Shown here piece after piece: positions 1 to 14,423 of a stretch of DNA of 64,000 nt. The stretch's first letter is position 1. The number at the start of each line of letters is the position of its first letter. Origin of the DNA: Eledone cirrhosa (Eukaryota); the NCBI GenBank assembly GCA_964016885.1, contig OZ024747.1, forward strand, positions 17,484,001 to 17,548,000, in the 5' to 3' direction. A program made the position numbers and the translations under genes. Below the pieces are notes generated by a model. That model did not search any database. It saw only the letters and a program-made list of their open reading frames with translations, and was not told the DNA's origin.

Positions 1-10
1 TATATATATA

Positions 11-47
<37 letters not shown>

Positions 48-376
48 ATATATATATATATATAATTTATATATATATATATATAATTTATATATATATA
101 TATATAATTTATATATATATATATATAATTTATATATATATATATATAATTTATATATATATATATATATAATTTATATATATATATATATATAATTTAT
201 ATATATATATATATATATAATTTATATATATACTTTATATATATACTTTATATATATATATATATATAATTTATATATATATATATATATATAATTTATA
301 TATATATATATATATATAATTTATATATATATATATATATAATTTATATATATATATATATATACTTTATATATAT

Positions 377-415
<39 letters not shown>

Positions 416-515
416 TTTATATATATATATATACTTTATATATATATATACACTATATATATATATACTTTATATATATATATATATATATATATACTTT
501 ATATATATATATATA

Positions 516-559
<44 letters not shown>

Positions 560-635
560 TTTATATATATATATACATTATATATATATATATATACTTT
601 ATATATATATATATACTTTATATATAAATATATAT

Positions 636-670
<35 letters not shown>

Positions 671-685
671 TTTATATATATATAT

Positions 686-731
<46 letters not shown>

Positions 732-807
732 TTTATGTATATATATACATTATATATATATATATATACTTTATATATATATATATACTTTATATATAAA
801 TATATAT

Positions 808-848
<41 letters not shown>

Positions 849-1150
849 TTTATATATATATATCATTTTTATATATATATATATATACTTTATATATATA
901 TATATATATATACTTTATATATATATATATATACTTTATATATATATATATATATACTTTATATATATATATATATATACTTTATATATATATATATATA
1001 TATATATACTTATATATATATATATATATACTTATATATATATATATATACTTATATATATATATACTTATATATATATATATATACTTTATATATATAT
1101 ATATACTTTATATATATATATAAATAAAATGTATATATATATATATAATT
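1..1150. repeat. (TA)n compound microsatellite
   Basis: TA runs punctuated by AATT/CTT; ORF 735..1127 is a repeat translation. Confidence 0.95.
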
Positions 1151-1272
1151 TATCTACCAACTCATAATATTATAATATAAAATTAAATCAAAAATTGAAG
1201 TGAAGTCATTCTTTTCCTTTTTATTTAAATATACCTAACTGTCCCAAGGTTCTCACACATTTTCCAATATAA

Positions 1273-1308
<36 letters not shown>

Positions 1309-1344
1309 TTATATAGTGAGAGAGAGATAAAATGTGTAGCAACA

Positions 1345-1396
1345 GGAGCGGTGCCCCAGCATGGCCTCAGCCGGATCGCTGGAACAAAGAGTAAAC
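1345..1396 (+). mobile_element. SINE 3' tail fragment
   Basis: GGTGCCCCAGCATGGCCTCAGCCGGAT; an inverted homolog occurs at ~58190-58235. Confidence 0.5.
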
Positions 1397-2522
1397 GAGT
1401 ATATATACATACATAAATATATATATACATACATGTTTGAAAATGATATATACATACATAAATACTTATACATATATATAACTTATACATATATTATACT
1501 AACGATCATCAACACTACACAAATTTATCGTAAATATTGATTTAGTATATGATGCAAACCCAAAATAAGGTATTTTATTCCTGTATAATAATCTCGTATT
1601 CAACAAACATAATCTGAACAAAATCTAAGTGCATAACTTTAGATTCGTTAGCAATTTATTTTGGTTTTTTGTTCTATTGCTTTCACCCATCTGATCATAA
1701 ATTGACTTCCGATAAATTCAGATGGGTTTCAGCCGACAGCGGTTCAGGTCATCGCTAATTCACTAGCAACACCTAGTAGTAGTAACGGATAAGCGAAGAA
1801 ATATATCATTTCAGAGATCCTTTTGCTAGGTGAACTTAGCAATCCAGGTGAAAATCGATAAGTGATGAAAATAGTAAAGTGTTTTGCTGTCAGTTTTCTA
1901 TGGTAAATATCAAAATAAAACCAGGCCAATTTAGAATATCAGCAGCTTATTTGAGATGTTGTAAATACGTTTTCAAATCTCCGTTTCCTTAAAGTAAGAC
2001 CATGTTTGTACGTAAATGAATCGTTTCTCTGTCTTATTGACTAGAAACAAATAAGCTTACTAGTAGTATTACAAATGATCTATATTCTCCACTATATACA
2101 CCAGAAGAGTTAAAATCAGGCGATGAAGGAAACATATTAGTTGAACTGAACGAGCTGGAGAGTTGACAGAAAATTTAAAACAGTATAGTATTTTATGTTA
2201 TGATCCTATATCCAATTCTGAGCTCTGTATTAAATCGGAGTAGAACAAAAGTGATATTAGATCATGTGTGTGTCCGTATGTCTATGGGTGGCTGTGTGTA
2301 AGTGCTTGTGTATCTGTGTGTGTTTCTGATTCTGTATATTTAAGTGGGTGGTGGTTAGAATGTATGTAATGGAAGGTTTACGGAGAATGTAGCACGGTTG
2401 AAATTTCAAAAGTAAGTTCTACGTTTATGCAAAGACTACTGCAACGTATATTATCTATGACGTAAGCGAATAAAATTGGGAATATAACGGCGTAAGCCTA
2501 TATATATATATATATATATATA

Positions 2523-2708
2523 TAACAAAAGGGTGTTGCAAGATACCAGATGGACCATAAGGCACCTGAGTACTGAATACTTAGGGTAGTAGAGAGGGTA
2601 ATATGAAAAGAGTCACGACCCCCGACGGCTGAGCTCCGGTCATTTCGCCAGCATGATCCAGATATAGCTGTCGAAACGGATGGAGCTCAGCCGTCGCGGG
2701 CCTGACGT

Positions 2709-2716
<8 letters not shown>
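2523..2716. mobile_element. Hairpin-ended stub in (TA)n, probable Penelope-like inverted pLTR
   Basis: Imperfect inverted repeat ~2600-2716 (CGACGGCTGAGCTCC/GGAGCTCAGCCGTCG); homologous to 55689-55886; (TA)n on both sides. Confidence 0.55.
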
Positions 2717-2778
<62 letters not shown>

Positions 2779-3152
2779 GTGTATGTATATATATATATAT
2801 GTGTATGTATATATGTGTATGTATATATAGATATATGTATATATATGTATATATATATACATAAATAAATACATACATATATGTGTGTGTATATATATCT
2901 ATATCTATATTATATTATATGTATATATATATACAGACATATATATATATGTGTCTGTGTATATATCTATATCTATAATATATATATATATTTTATATAT
3001 ATATTTATATATATACACATACATATATATGTGTCTGTATATATATCTATAATATATATATAAATACATATATGTGTCTGTATATATATCTATCTATATA
3101 AATATATATATATATATATATATACATATATGTGTCTGTATATATATCTATC

Positions 3153-3220
<68 letters not shown>

Positions 3221-4121
3221 GTGTGTGTGTGTGTGTGTGTGTGTAAAAGGTAAACAAAAATAACAACACAATCGGTACAGTATATGCAAGACACAAGGTA
3301 GCAGAGCAATAATCCAATATATATCCATTCCAAAACAGTCTCAAACAAATTAATATAAGGAAATTTACTAAGTAACGTATAATTTCATTGATCCATGCTA
3401 AAAATAATAATACAGCGTTTTTCTATATCCTTTCTTATAGCTGTTTTCATGATTACTTTCTATTATATTGTATTTTTATATCTACCTAACGATTTTCGCG
3501 AAGTTTCTGTTGTTGCTTAATAGGGAAAAAGAGATTAAGTACATTTTAAAGTTGTGTTTTTCTACCCTCGTTCCAAATAGCTCCCGTACAAGCAAGAGAT
3601 TATTTACGGAGAAAAAATAGAACTTCATTATTGTTTTCAGCGGACTGTTATGAAACACGTTGCTTCGTTTAATGATATATTTTGCCAAGAATCTGTTTCC
3701 ATAGAATCTAAAATAATCTTGGCCTAATGTGGGGGAATTTTTGTTTGTTACATTTGCTAGTGAAAAAATCTTTCTCAATTTACTTGGCTAATATCCTGTG
3801 CTACTTTCATAAGAACTATTTAGATTATTTAATCTGAAGAACTTTTTTCTGAAAACATATAGACTAATATAAGTATTTTGATACGGATGGACTACACCAT
3901 GCTGACTACTGACTACCCCTAAATTTCCATCATGATGATGGAATGTGCAGTTGGTTTCCATTCGACAATTTCCTGACCATATTTTACACTTAAGATATTT
4001 TCTTTGCTTAAACTTTAATCTGTTATTTTAATACATATTTGCTCTAGGTTTCTTATATATTTGATACATAGTTATCCTTATTGAGCACTCTTTGGATTTT
4101 AGTCTTCAAATTTATTATTAT

Positions 4122-4159
<38 letters not shown>

Positions 4160-5555
4160 CAAGGAGACAACAAACAGAAGTTCAGAACGTCTTATTAGTT
4201 GCACTCATTACATTAGAAAGAGGAAAGACAGTTCGACGTGTCAGGCTTAAACCCTTCTTCGGTAGTACAAAATAGAAACAAGATCACAAGGGAGAAACAG
4301 AAAGAATGTCCAGTAAAGACACATAAAAACAAAACGAAAATGAAGAGGAAAAACAGGAATGCCGTTAGGTAGTCTTGGTAACGAGTAGGAACGCAAAGTG
4401 GAGTGTGTGTGTATTAGTATCTTTATATGTGTGAATATAAGTTTAAGGGGGTTTTATGTGTATGTGGGTGTACACGTGTGTATGTGTGTGGGGAGGGGGT
4501 GTAAGCCATCACGTGTTTTTAAAAGACGGCCATTGAAATCTGAAAATTGAAGTGAATTAATGGCTTCGGTGATTGTTTGACTTCAGAAAATAGTTTGATA
4601 TCAGGACGTATTAACCTCAGAATTGTAAACAGTGGGCCTCAGTGTGCATGCTGGACATTCATTGGTGATAAAGGAAGAAATTATAAATATATAACAGAAA
4701 CACATTATTGGTTTCTTTTGACTTATAACGAGTGCATATAATTCAGGATGAGAAATTATATGCAGTTAATTGTTATATTCCGAAAGGTATTAATGGTATA
4801 AGAAGTGATAAGTAGATTTCAACTCCGAATGGAAATTGCTTATTCTCAAGGACATATTGTTTGCTATATCTTGGTTAGTTTATATTCAGTATTAAGGAAA
4901 TAAAGTTTCTTTCATTATTGGTCGAGGATGGATGAAGTAAACAAATTCAACCATGAAAATATCTGAACTACGAACACAGTGAAGTGAATAGAAATACTGT
5001 AATGCATTATATTCTGGAGTTTTCCTCGTTTATCTTATAACAACCGAAAAGCTAACACAGCTAACACAGCGCAGCAGTGTCATTCATTTCACCCAATTCA
5101 CCTCACATATACCTTGAGAAAGACACGATCGCTATTTTATTCCTCTTCACTTTCTTCTTGTACAGCATAAGGCCTGTATGTTTAATCAAACAGAAACCGA
5201 TGATTACCGCAGTGAATGCTATAGAGCGAGAAATAATCAAGTCCGCGAGCAAGTTTCTATTCTTGGTTTTTAAAAAAATGGCTTTCGCTTCATAAACTTC
5301 GCAAATCCCCTTCGGAAAACAAGAAATATTCTTTACCCTATTTTCCCCGATGTTTGAAATATAGGTTCTTCGTTATTGAAGTAGTAATGACAGGAGTGTT
5401 GTAGAAAATCAAAATGCTTTTGAGTAAACGTTATAATCCCTGAAAACTAAAACCGTGAGATTTTTCGACTTCTCGTAGTAGGAAACACACTTCGCTTCTG
5501 TCGCTAATTAATACGCTTTAGAAATACATGGATGTTATTTTCTCAACCCTATGTG

Positions 5556-5862
5556 CTACTACTACTACTGCTACTACTGCTGCTGCTGCTACTGGTGCTG
5601 CTGCTATTATTACTACTACTACTACTAGTGCTGCTGCTGCTATTACTACTACTACTGCTACTGCTATTACTACTACTACTACAGCTGTTACTACTACTAT
5701 ACCTACTACTACTATTGCTACTACTACTTCTTTGCGTACGTATGCGTTTTTGTTGTTGTTGCTGTTGCTGTTGTTTCCGCTGTTGGTGCTGTTGTTGCTG
5801 CTGCTGCTGCTGCTGCAGTTGCTGCTGCTGCTGCTGTTGTTGTTGCGGTTGTTGTTGCTGTT
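5556..5862. repeat. (ACT/GCT)n then (GTT/GCT)n trinucleotide repeat
   Basis: Directly visible; explains the poly-T/L/C ORFs. Confidence 0.9.
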
Positions 5863-8239
5863 GAGTACGTCATTTATTTGGTATACCATACTTTAACTCC
5901 TTTATCTGAATTCATTCAATTAAACCAAATTATTTTCTTTAGTTGTTTATTATCTTTTCTTTATTGCGAATCTTTAGGGCAAGATTTTTTTCGTAGCTCT
6001 TTTATTATAAATAAAACCTCTTTGCCAAATGACCCAAAAGTCAGCTACCCCGAAATAGACTACACTTTGTTGATGTAAGTTAATAGACCGAAACACATCA
6101 ATATTGGATACCTGCCTAATTAAGACTGAGATAAATTCTTAATTTCTTGAATTATCTCCCATATTCCTTTAGAGTTGTTAAGAATTTCCACGAGCTTTTT
6201 CATTTACTTTCACCTATTAAGAGGAAGGTTTCACTTCATTAATAATTTAAGGGCTACAGAATTCAGTACATCGTTTATTAAAGTATTTATAAGGGTTTGA
6301 AACTTTGGGGTTGTCACATTTACTTACATTCCCAGAAAAAAAACATTGTAAATATCAGGACAGGGAAGTGTGATCAAACGGAGGATTAAATATCTTGGTA
6401 TTTTAAGAAATATACTCCTTTATTGATCAATACACTCAATAAGAAATTGAGCAACCTTTGCTGAGTCGAGATCGCAAAACTAGTTTTGTTTATAGTTGAC
6501 TCGCCTTCCGTTCGCTTACGCTGCTAAAGTTTTTGTGAATTGGTTTACATCTAATTTATCCTGTTTAATGAATTTAAAATATATCATTTGAATACGTTTT
6601 GTTTATATTAACTAATAATCTTTGAATTTATCGAATCTGAATGTCTTAACCATAAACTTTTATCATTCTTTACGTTTATAATATAATGAGATGAACAGAA
6701 TACTTCTTACTAAATCACCTCTGATAAAATTACTTGATAATCTGCACCAAATCAAATTTCATAAGGTCAACCAGTAATCTCCAACAAAAAAAGTATTCGT
6801 CCGGATCGATAAATCAATAATATATGCCAGGCAATATCTGACATTATGACTCATTCTTTTTCAGTTAGAGCGAAAGTAATATTTATCGAACATTACCATC
6901 GAACATATGACACTGAATTAATACGTTTTTCGATGCCATATGTGGCAGCGAATATTCGACGTCGGATAGAATATTTTGTCGTTTTCGTTCCAAATCTTCG
7001 AGTTCAAATTCATCATGCTGATTTTAACTTTGTATTTCATCATTTGGACAACGATAAGGAAATTACCTTTCCAATACTAGGGTCTATTCTTTTTCTAGCT
7101 CATTCTCTCCACTTTCTCTCACTCATTCTCTGGATGAAATCGGCTGTGATCAGACTTCGACAGGAATGGGCTCCACCAGGTTTTAAATGCCCAAAACACG
7201 TTTTATGTCTCTACCGTGCCTCTAGGACACATTACCCTTGCACTCATTGATATGACTCCGAATTTAAAAGAAGCTAGATGTAATATATTTTCCTCATAAT
7301 AAATGTTTCTCAGACTGTGGTATATTGATTGTATATTATGTATACTAGCAGATAACCATCCCTCGGGTGGTTTTCTGATAGCATGTGTAGTGTGTGTATT
7401 GATATTATACGCAAGTATATATACATGTAGATATGATACATCAAATAAAATCGTAATTGACAATATATAATACATAGAAATTGAGCGAAGACTACGTTAC
7501 ACTGTCTTATGTAATCAGTAACGTAATCTACGATACATTAAAAAAAGACGATATTATATATAAACTGCATTAAGAGAAAATTAGTGACAGAAAATTAGTA
7601 TGTTTATTTAAGCGATCGCCAACCGGCAGTGTTGACCATTCAGAAATTTTAAAGAAGTGAATCTTTAAAACAACAAAATATATTTAATCAATAACCACGA
7701 AATTAGGTAGATAAATTATGTAATATTCATTCAGTATTTCAGTATTTATTCAAAGTAATCCAACTTATTTTACTAATTGAATAAAAAAAATTATAAACCG
7801 TACGCAGTCTCGCGCTCCTCCCTTTATTATAGTTTAGATATTGGTTGGTTGGTCATGTGGTGGTAGCAGTTTTCTCATTTATTTCATATGTTTATCGAAT
7901 GAACCGGTGCAGTATGTTCGAGTGATTAAGCAGTTCACTTCGCAAACATGAGGACCTTGCTTCGACCCTATGGGTAGAATCTTAGGCAAGTGTCATTCGC
8001 TACTGCTGTGAGTAGACGCAAGCCATGTGAGTAAAACAGAGCAGACAAAATTGTTTCGAAGACCGTCGGATGAACTGCCCCTAGAATTCAACAGATCAGC
8101 TTAGTCACTCAATGAATCATGCCGAATTTCAGTTTTGATCACACTTGTCTTTGGAATGTTTAGTCAACTGCATGCTGTACCGTTGATCAAGAACTGGAAC
8201 ATTCATCTTCGAAACCAACAGAAATTCATTCCATATCAA

Positions 8240-8299
8240 GACTACTACTTCTACTACTACTACTACTTCTGCTGCTGCTGCCACCACTACTACAACTAC

Positions 8300-8333
<34 letters not shown>

Positions 8334-8620
8334 TGTTCTTTGCCCACATATTCCTGAGAGGGTCGTGGGGGTAGAAGCCTCAAACACACCTTCCAGTGGG
8401 TCCTATCAGAAGCAACCGTCTCCAACTGATCCAGTCGAGACCAGCCGAGCTCATGGATGTTATCTAACTATCTTGCTCGAGATCCTGGATGTTCTGTCGG
8501 TTGGTTTTGCAAATAAATCTCTCCAGCGATTCTTTCCTGAGACACTGTAACCATTCTAATGCTCTAATATGGTAGCTGTGATCTCTCAATCCCAAGTCAA
8601 GTGCAACATAATGCAATCTG
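8240..8620 (-). mobile_element. RTE-clade (Rex3/Expander-like) LINE 3' end with (AGT)n tail
   Basis: Minus translation VASDRTHWKVCLRLLPPRP resembles the Rex3/Expander C-terminal W..LLPPRP; followed by a trinucleotide tail. Confidence 0.6.
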
Positions 8621-8714
8621 ATATATATATGAGTTTATATTATATTTGTCTAACTTCTCGTGTTCGTTGCAATAAATGCCATGGCACGCTTCTGAATCAT
8701 TCTTCGCTGAATTA

Positions 8715-9004
8715 TCTATATATCTAAACAAGAGAATGTATGTCTGTCTGACACGCTAAAACTCGAGAACCACCCAACCGATTGTTTTCAAACTTTACAC
8801 ATGTAATACTTATGGTCCTGTGAGTGTTTTGAGCAAAATTATTTCAACATGTCAATGCCCTAGGGACCGCATTGGGCGATTTAGCGATCTCTCTCTATAA
8901 TTCTTAGTCTGTCTCTTTTTAGATAGATACATAGAAATAACGTTGCGTCCTTATAATATCTGTCTGTATGTCTGGCTGTCTGCATTACGACATTATGACG
9001 CTAA

Positions 9005-9040
<36 letters not shown>

Positions 9041-9068
9041 TTATATATAGTGTGTGTATGTATATACA

Positions 9069-9160
<92 letters not shown>

Positions 9161-9539
9161 CGTTTTTCGAAATATTTACTTCTGCGTTCACAGATTGATT
9201 TTTTTAGTTTCAGAGATCCCGTTATGGGTAAAAGCAGCGATTCTTTGCTTAAACTTTAATCTGTTATTTTAATATATTTATACATATATAATTATATATT
9301 CGTCTACAGATATTTTTGCATACACAATAACAAAATATAAACAAAAGTATTTATTTCGCGATAAAGTATTGATTTTATTCGCACGAAAAAAAAAACCCTG
9401 GTAATCTACGACGAATTTTTTTTATAAGCACCATCCAGAGGCCGAGGTCTTCCGTACTTCTGTGTACAGTTTCAGAAAGGAGGGATAAACATGCCAATCT
9501 ATGTTTAGAATCCCGAGCAACGTCGGGCCATTCTGCTAT
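8715..9539 (+). mobile_element. Non-autonomous Helitron-like element
   Basis: A|TC start (TCTATATATCTAAAC), GTCT repeats and CCGATTGTTTTCAAACTT near the 5' end; 3' hairpin CCCG-AGCAACGT-CGGG (9512-9527) followed by CTAT|T (degenerate CTRR). Confidence 0.6.
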
Positions 9540-9986
9540 TATTTAACTAAAAGTTCCTGCTTAGAATTTCAAATGTCAGCTATTATTTCGCTTGTGTTTA
9601 AAATGTGAGCGATAAAGGATTTATGCACCGTCATCTAATCACTGTAACGTAACATTCTATTATATTAAAATTATTACATCACAATCTATTGTCAAAAACC
9701 TTCATATCCTGGAGGTTTTATGTCGTAACATTAATAAGTTAAAAAAACATATATATTTAGAGCACAGCTATGAAATATGTTTCTTCGTTTAATGATATTT
9801 TTGGCAAAGAATTTGTTTAGCGGTAGGCATTATGTGTGTCAATGATTCTTCCATTTTTTCCTTCTATTTCTTTTTACTTTTGCATATTAAAGACCTTTCT
9901 CAAATTACATTGCTAAATTCCTCTTTTACTCTCTTAAAATTAATACGCAACAAAGAACGTATCAATTTTATATTTCACTTAGTTGT

Positions 9987-10440
9987 AGGGCGGATTGGCA
10001 GTATCGGTAGAGGATCGGACACCATGTTTTCAGCATAAAGTTACGGCCCTTTATGATATGAGCCCAAATTCCACCCAGGTTAACTTTGCCTCTCATTCTT
10101 ACGAGGTCGATAAAATAAAGAATCAGTGACGCACTGGGTCGATTTAGTCGACTTTCCCTTCCCCCAAAATTGCTGGCCTTGTGCTTATATATGAAACCAA
10201 TGTTATATTTCACTTAGTTGTAGGGCGGTGGATTGGCAATATCGGTAGAGGATCGGACACCATGCTTTTCAGCATAGAGTTACGGCACTTTATGATCTGA
10301 ACTCAAATCCCGCTGAGGTTAACTTTGCCTTTCATCCTTACGGGGTCGATAAAATAAAGTACCAGTGACACACTTGGGTCGATTTAATCGACTTTCTCCC
10401 CCCCAAAAAAATGCTGGCCTTGTACCTATATAAGAAACCA
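9987..10440 (+). mobile_element. Two tandem tRNA-derived SINEs (octopus OR/Meta-domain-like)
   Basis: A-box-like TGGCAGTATCGG head, degenerate B box (GAGTTCAAATC in better-preserved copies), core TTGCCTTTCATCCTTACGGGGTCGATAAAATAAAGTACCAGT; units 9987-10200 and 10222-10440. Confidence 0.8.
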
Positions 10441-11514
10441 TATTTCACTTAGTTGTCAATGTTGTTGTTTTGGGGTACCAGGTCAACTCTGATCGATTCG
10501 AGCTATGACGAAAGGTATTATAGCCATGACCATACCATCTTTTTATCATGTATAGTTTATCTAATGAAAACATTGTCCAGTGTGTGAGCATTTGTGTACA
10601 GAAATGGTCGGCGTGATTTGATGGCGATTCCCTTGCATTCTCAAGCAGATTGAGTGGACCACATACAAGCCCCATTGCTGCTTTATGATTACAAACAGAT
10701 ATCAATAATTATGAATATATCAGCTACGTTAAGAATCATGCACCTCTTCGATCGATACATTGCCAGACGAACGAATCAGATGTAGACAGTAATTTTTATA
10801 TTACAGATTCATTGTTGTTGAGCTGTGTTAGAAGCAATGATGCTTACATTTTGTTTTACATAGTCTATATAGTTACTAATCGCTACCAAGCGAAATGCAG
10901 TTATAAGTAGCGGGATGAAAGTAAAATTAATGAGTGTTCCGTTAAACTATACTAATGCGTATAACGACACTTAGAACAGAAAGGTTTCCGTTCGATCAGC
11001 TTGTCCAAATTATAAAGAAAAAAAGGATACAGACTTCTGAAAATGAGAAAGAAAATGCAATCACATCATTATAACTGGGCTTGAATGGTACTAAAACACG
11101 TTAGTCAAATATATGTCAAATGTTTAGCCCACCATGATTTAAAACTCTTTGAATTACTGTATACTTAAATCATTAAATTAGAGATGGAATGAAACGAGAA
11201 AGAAGGGACAAAGCGTGTCCGATCTTCAACAATCCGACTGGACGCTGACACCCAAATAATGTATTGGTTACCAGTGTGCTAAGGATGGAAACGGTATCTT
11301 CTAGAAGACACCACAGCAACTACGCGGCAAACAAACAACAGGACAATGGGTTATTAACGAAGCATAATAAGGGACGAGTTATGAGACTATGTGTAATTGT
11401 TCCGTGTATGAATATAAATAAGTAATGTAATAATTTTGCTCTCTTCCTCCGATTGAACACTGCTTTCCTATTCTTTTTCATACCTACGGGTATTGTTACA
11501 TACACATACACACA

Positions 11515-11518
<4 letters not shown>

Positions 11519-11607
<89 letters not shown>

Positions 11608-11608
11608 C

Positions 11609-11644
<36 letters not shown>
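11519..11644. repeat. (GA)n microsatellite
   Basis: Directly visible. Confidence 0.95.
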
Positions 11645-11765
11645 TCTGTAATGCTGCGACCGGGAAAACCACTAATCATAGGAGACTCAATGCATGGGGA
11701 GATGTACAGAGTGGGTACAGAGATATTTTAAGTCTCATATATATATATATATTATGGATGTGTGT

Positions 11766-11861
<96 letters not shown>

Positions 11862-12392
11862 ATCTGTACATATACAAATACACACACACACACATATATA
11901 TAAATATACATAATATATATATGTGTATATATATATATATATATGTGTATATATGCATATATATACACATATTTATATATATATATATATATAAATTTAT
12001 ATATTTATATATATATATATATATATGTGCTTGTGTGTGTGTGTGTGTTTGTATATGTACAGACACATACACGCATGCACACATACACACACACACACAT
12101 ACACTATATATATATATATAATGTATATAATGTATGCGGTGACAATGAAGAAACTAATACAATATATATCCATGTTTACATCTGTCTTCATACTATTGAT
12201 GGCGTATTGTTTTCATGAGAATCCCTTGCAGAGAAGCATGACGTTAAGTAAGAAGCATTATCAATGCTACGTCCGGTGTATACTTAAAGATTCAAAATCA
12301 AACCTCCGTTACAATTCTATAAAAGCTTTCAATATAATGTCGTAGTTATTGCTTTTGTTATTTTTAGTTAATACAGCGCCAATAATGATAGA

Positions 12393-12734
12393 GTTAGTAG
12401 TAGTAGTAGTAGTGGTAGTGGTGGTGTTATTGTTGTTAGTGGTGGTGGTGTTATTGTTGTTAGTGGTGGTGGTGGTGGTTTTAGTAGCAGCAGTAGTAAC
12501 AGTAGTAGTAGTAGTAGTAGTAGTGGAGGCGTTGTTGTTGGTGGTGGTGGTGTTGGTGGTGGTGGTTTTAGTAGCAGCAGTAGTAACAGTAGTAGTAGTA
12601 GTGTTGTTGTTGTTGGTGGTGGTGGTGATGGTGGTGATGGTGGTGGTTTTAGTAGCAGCAGTAGTAACAGTAGTAGTAATAGTAGTAGTGTTGTTGTTGT
12701 TGTTGTTGTTGGTGGTGGTGGTTTTAGTAGCAGC

Positions 12735-12769
<35 letters not shown>

Positions 12770-12812
12770 TGTTGTTGGTGGTGGTGGTGGTTTTAGTAGC
12801 AGTAGTAGAAGC

Positions 12813-12863
<51 letters not shown>

Positions 12864-13010
12864 TGTTGTTACTAAGTGTCATGTTAGTTATAACAATACA
12901 AAGTTGTGTTACAAATGATGATAATGACGACGACAACGACGATGATGATGATATTAATGATGATAATAACAACAACAAGAACAACAACAACAATAAAAAT
13001 AATAATAATA
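12393..13010. repeat. (GTA/GTG/GTT)n trinucleotide repeat tract
   Basis: Directly visible; the poly-Val ORF is an artefact. Confidence 0.9.
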
Positions 13011-13012
13011 AT

Positions 13013-13160
13013 TTGTGATTTAGGCACAAGGCCAGCAATTTGAAGGGATGGGGTAGTCGATTAAATCGACTCCAATGCATTACTGGTACTTTATTTTATC
13101 ACCCCCCATAAGGATGAAAGGCAAAGCTAACCTCTGCGGGTTTTTAAATCAGAATGTAAA
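13013..13160 (-). mobile_element. Partial tRNA-derived SINE (same family as 9987)
   Basis: GGCACAAGGCCAGCAATT...TACTGGTACTTTATTTTATC...GGATGAAAGGCAAAG. Confidence 0.75.
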
Positions 13161-13334
13161 GAGTTGTTTTGATTTGTGGAGCACTTTTCCTGATTCATGT
13201 CTGCACAGGCGTTTGTGCCAGCGCCTGTGTGTGTGTATGTGTTTTTGTGTTTGTCAGTCATGTCTATGCGTTTTATGTGTGTGTAGGTTTGTATCTTTTG
13301 CTGTTTGTGTCTTTTTATTTTTCCTATTCTGTCT

Positions 13335-13470
13335 TCAGTTGTTAAGTTGCGGGTCATAACTATTCCACTCGTCTTTTCTGTTTAGGCTAGGTTTATCTTT
13401 TATTATATTTGTCGCCTCCCTGATATGTCTGAATATTGTGCCAGTTCTATGAGTAGATAGGATCTTTATA
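13335..13470 (-). pseudogene. Penelope-like GIY-YIG endonuclease C-terminal fragment
   Basis: Manual minus translation IKILSTHRTGTIFRHIREATNIIKDKPSLNRKDEW fits KIL...R.I.EA..I....P.LNR. Confidence 0.6.
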
Positions 13471-13741
13471 TAAAGACAAGATGGAGTAGAAGATTGAGAC
13501 CAGAACGAATACGAGGCATAAAACAGAGGAGGTCACAGAATGTGTAACGAATGACTAATGAGCAGTAAATATAAAGATAAAGTGAAAATTATATGATGTA
13601 TGTGTTTCTTTCTATTGGCAATATTGACAACATGACCATCCACAATACCGGATTCAACACACGATCTCACATCAAGTATCTTGCAGAACTAATACATAAG
13701 AGCATATATATATATAATCTCTCTATCTCTCTCCCTCTCTC

Positions 13742-13773
<32 letters not shown>

Positions 13774-14143
13774 CATGGTGGCTGCCAACTCGTTTTCGAG
13801 TACGGCCACTACTTTATATCCATGTAGGAGAACTCCTACCAATGCGCTGAATGAGTGACATTTTAGTCCAGCCAGCAACTTGAAAACTCTGGTACAAACA
13901 CTACACTTGTGACAATTATTGACACATAGTGCTGGGCCCATGGTACCATGTGACGACAAGTGCAGAGAGATCTCCAGATATAAAGCAATGCCTGTGCTGT
14001 GAAGCTTTTATAGTGAGCAAAGGCACTGCACAAAGCCAGTCCCACTCTCTTAACCAAGATGATATTTACCAAAAAGAAGAACAAGTCAACATCATTGGAT
14101 ACCATCAGGGTTGCAGGTGTTATATCAGAGTTTTCCTTCTCCT
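13774..14143 (-). mobile_element. Bipartite RTE-derived non-autonomous element, family B (5'-truncated)
   Basis: Near-identical to the 3' part of 34852-35462; embedded in (TACA)n. Confidence 0.85.
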
Positions 14144-14180
14144 ACATACATACATACATACATACATACATACATACATA

Positions 14181-14382
14181 CATGATGGCTGCCCCCTCGC
14201 TATCGAGTATGGCCATTGCACGAGAAAAAAAAAATAATAATAATATATATATATATATACACATACACACACACACACATACACACACACACATACATTA
14301 ATAACAATAATAATAACAACAACAACAACAACAATATACATATATATATACACACACACGCACACACATAAGCATATCTACA

Positions 14383-14423
<41 letters not shown>

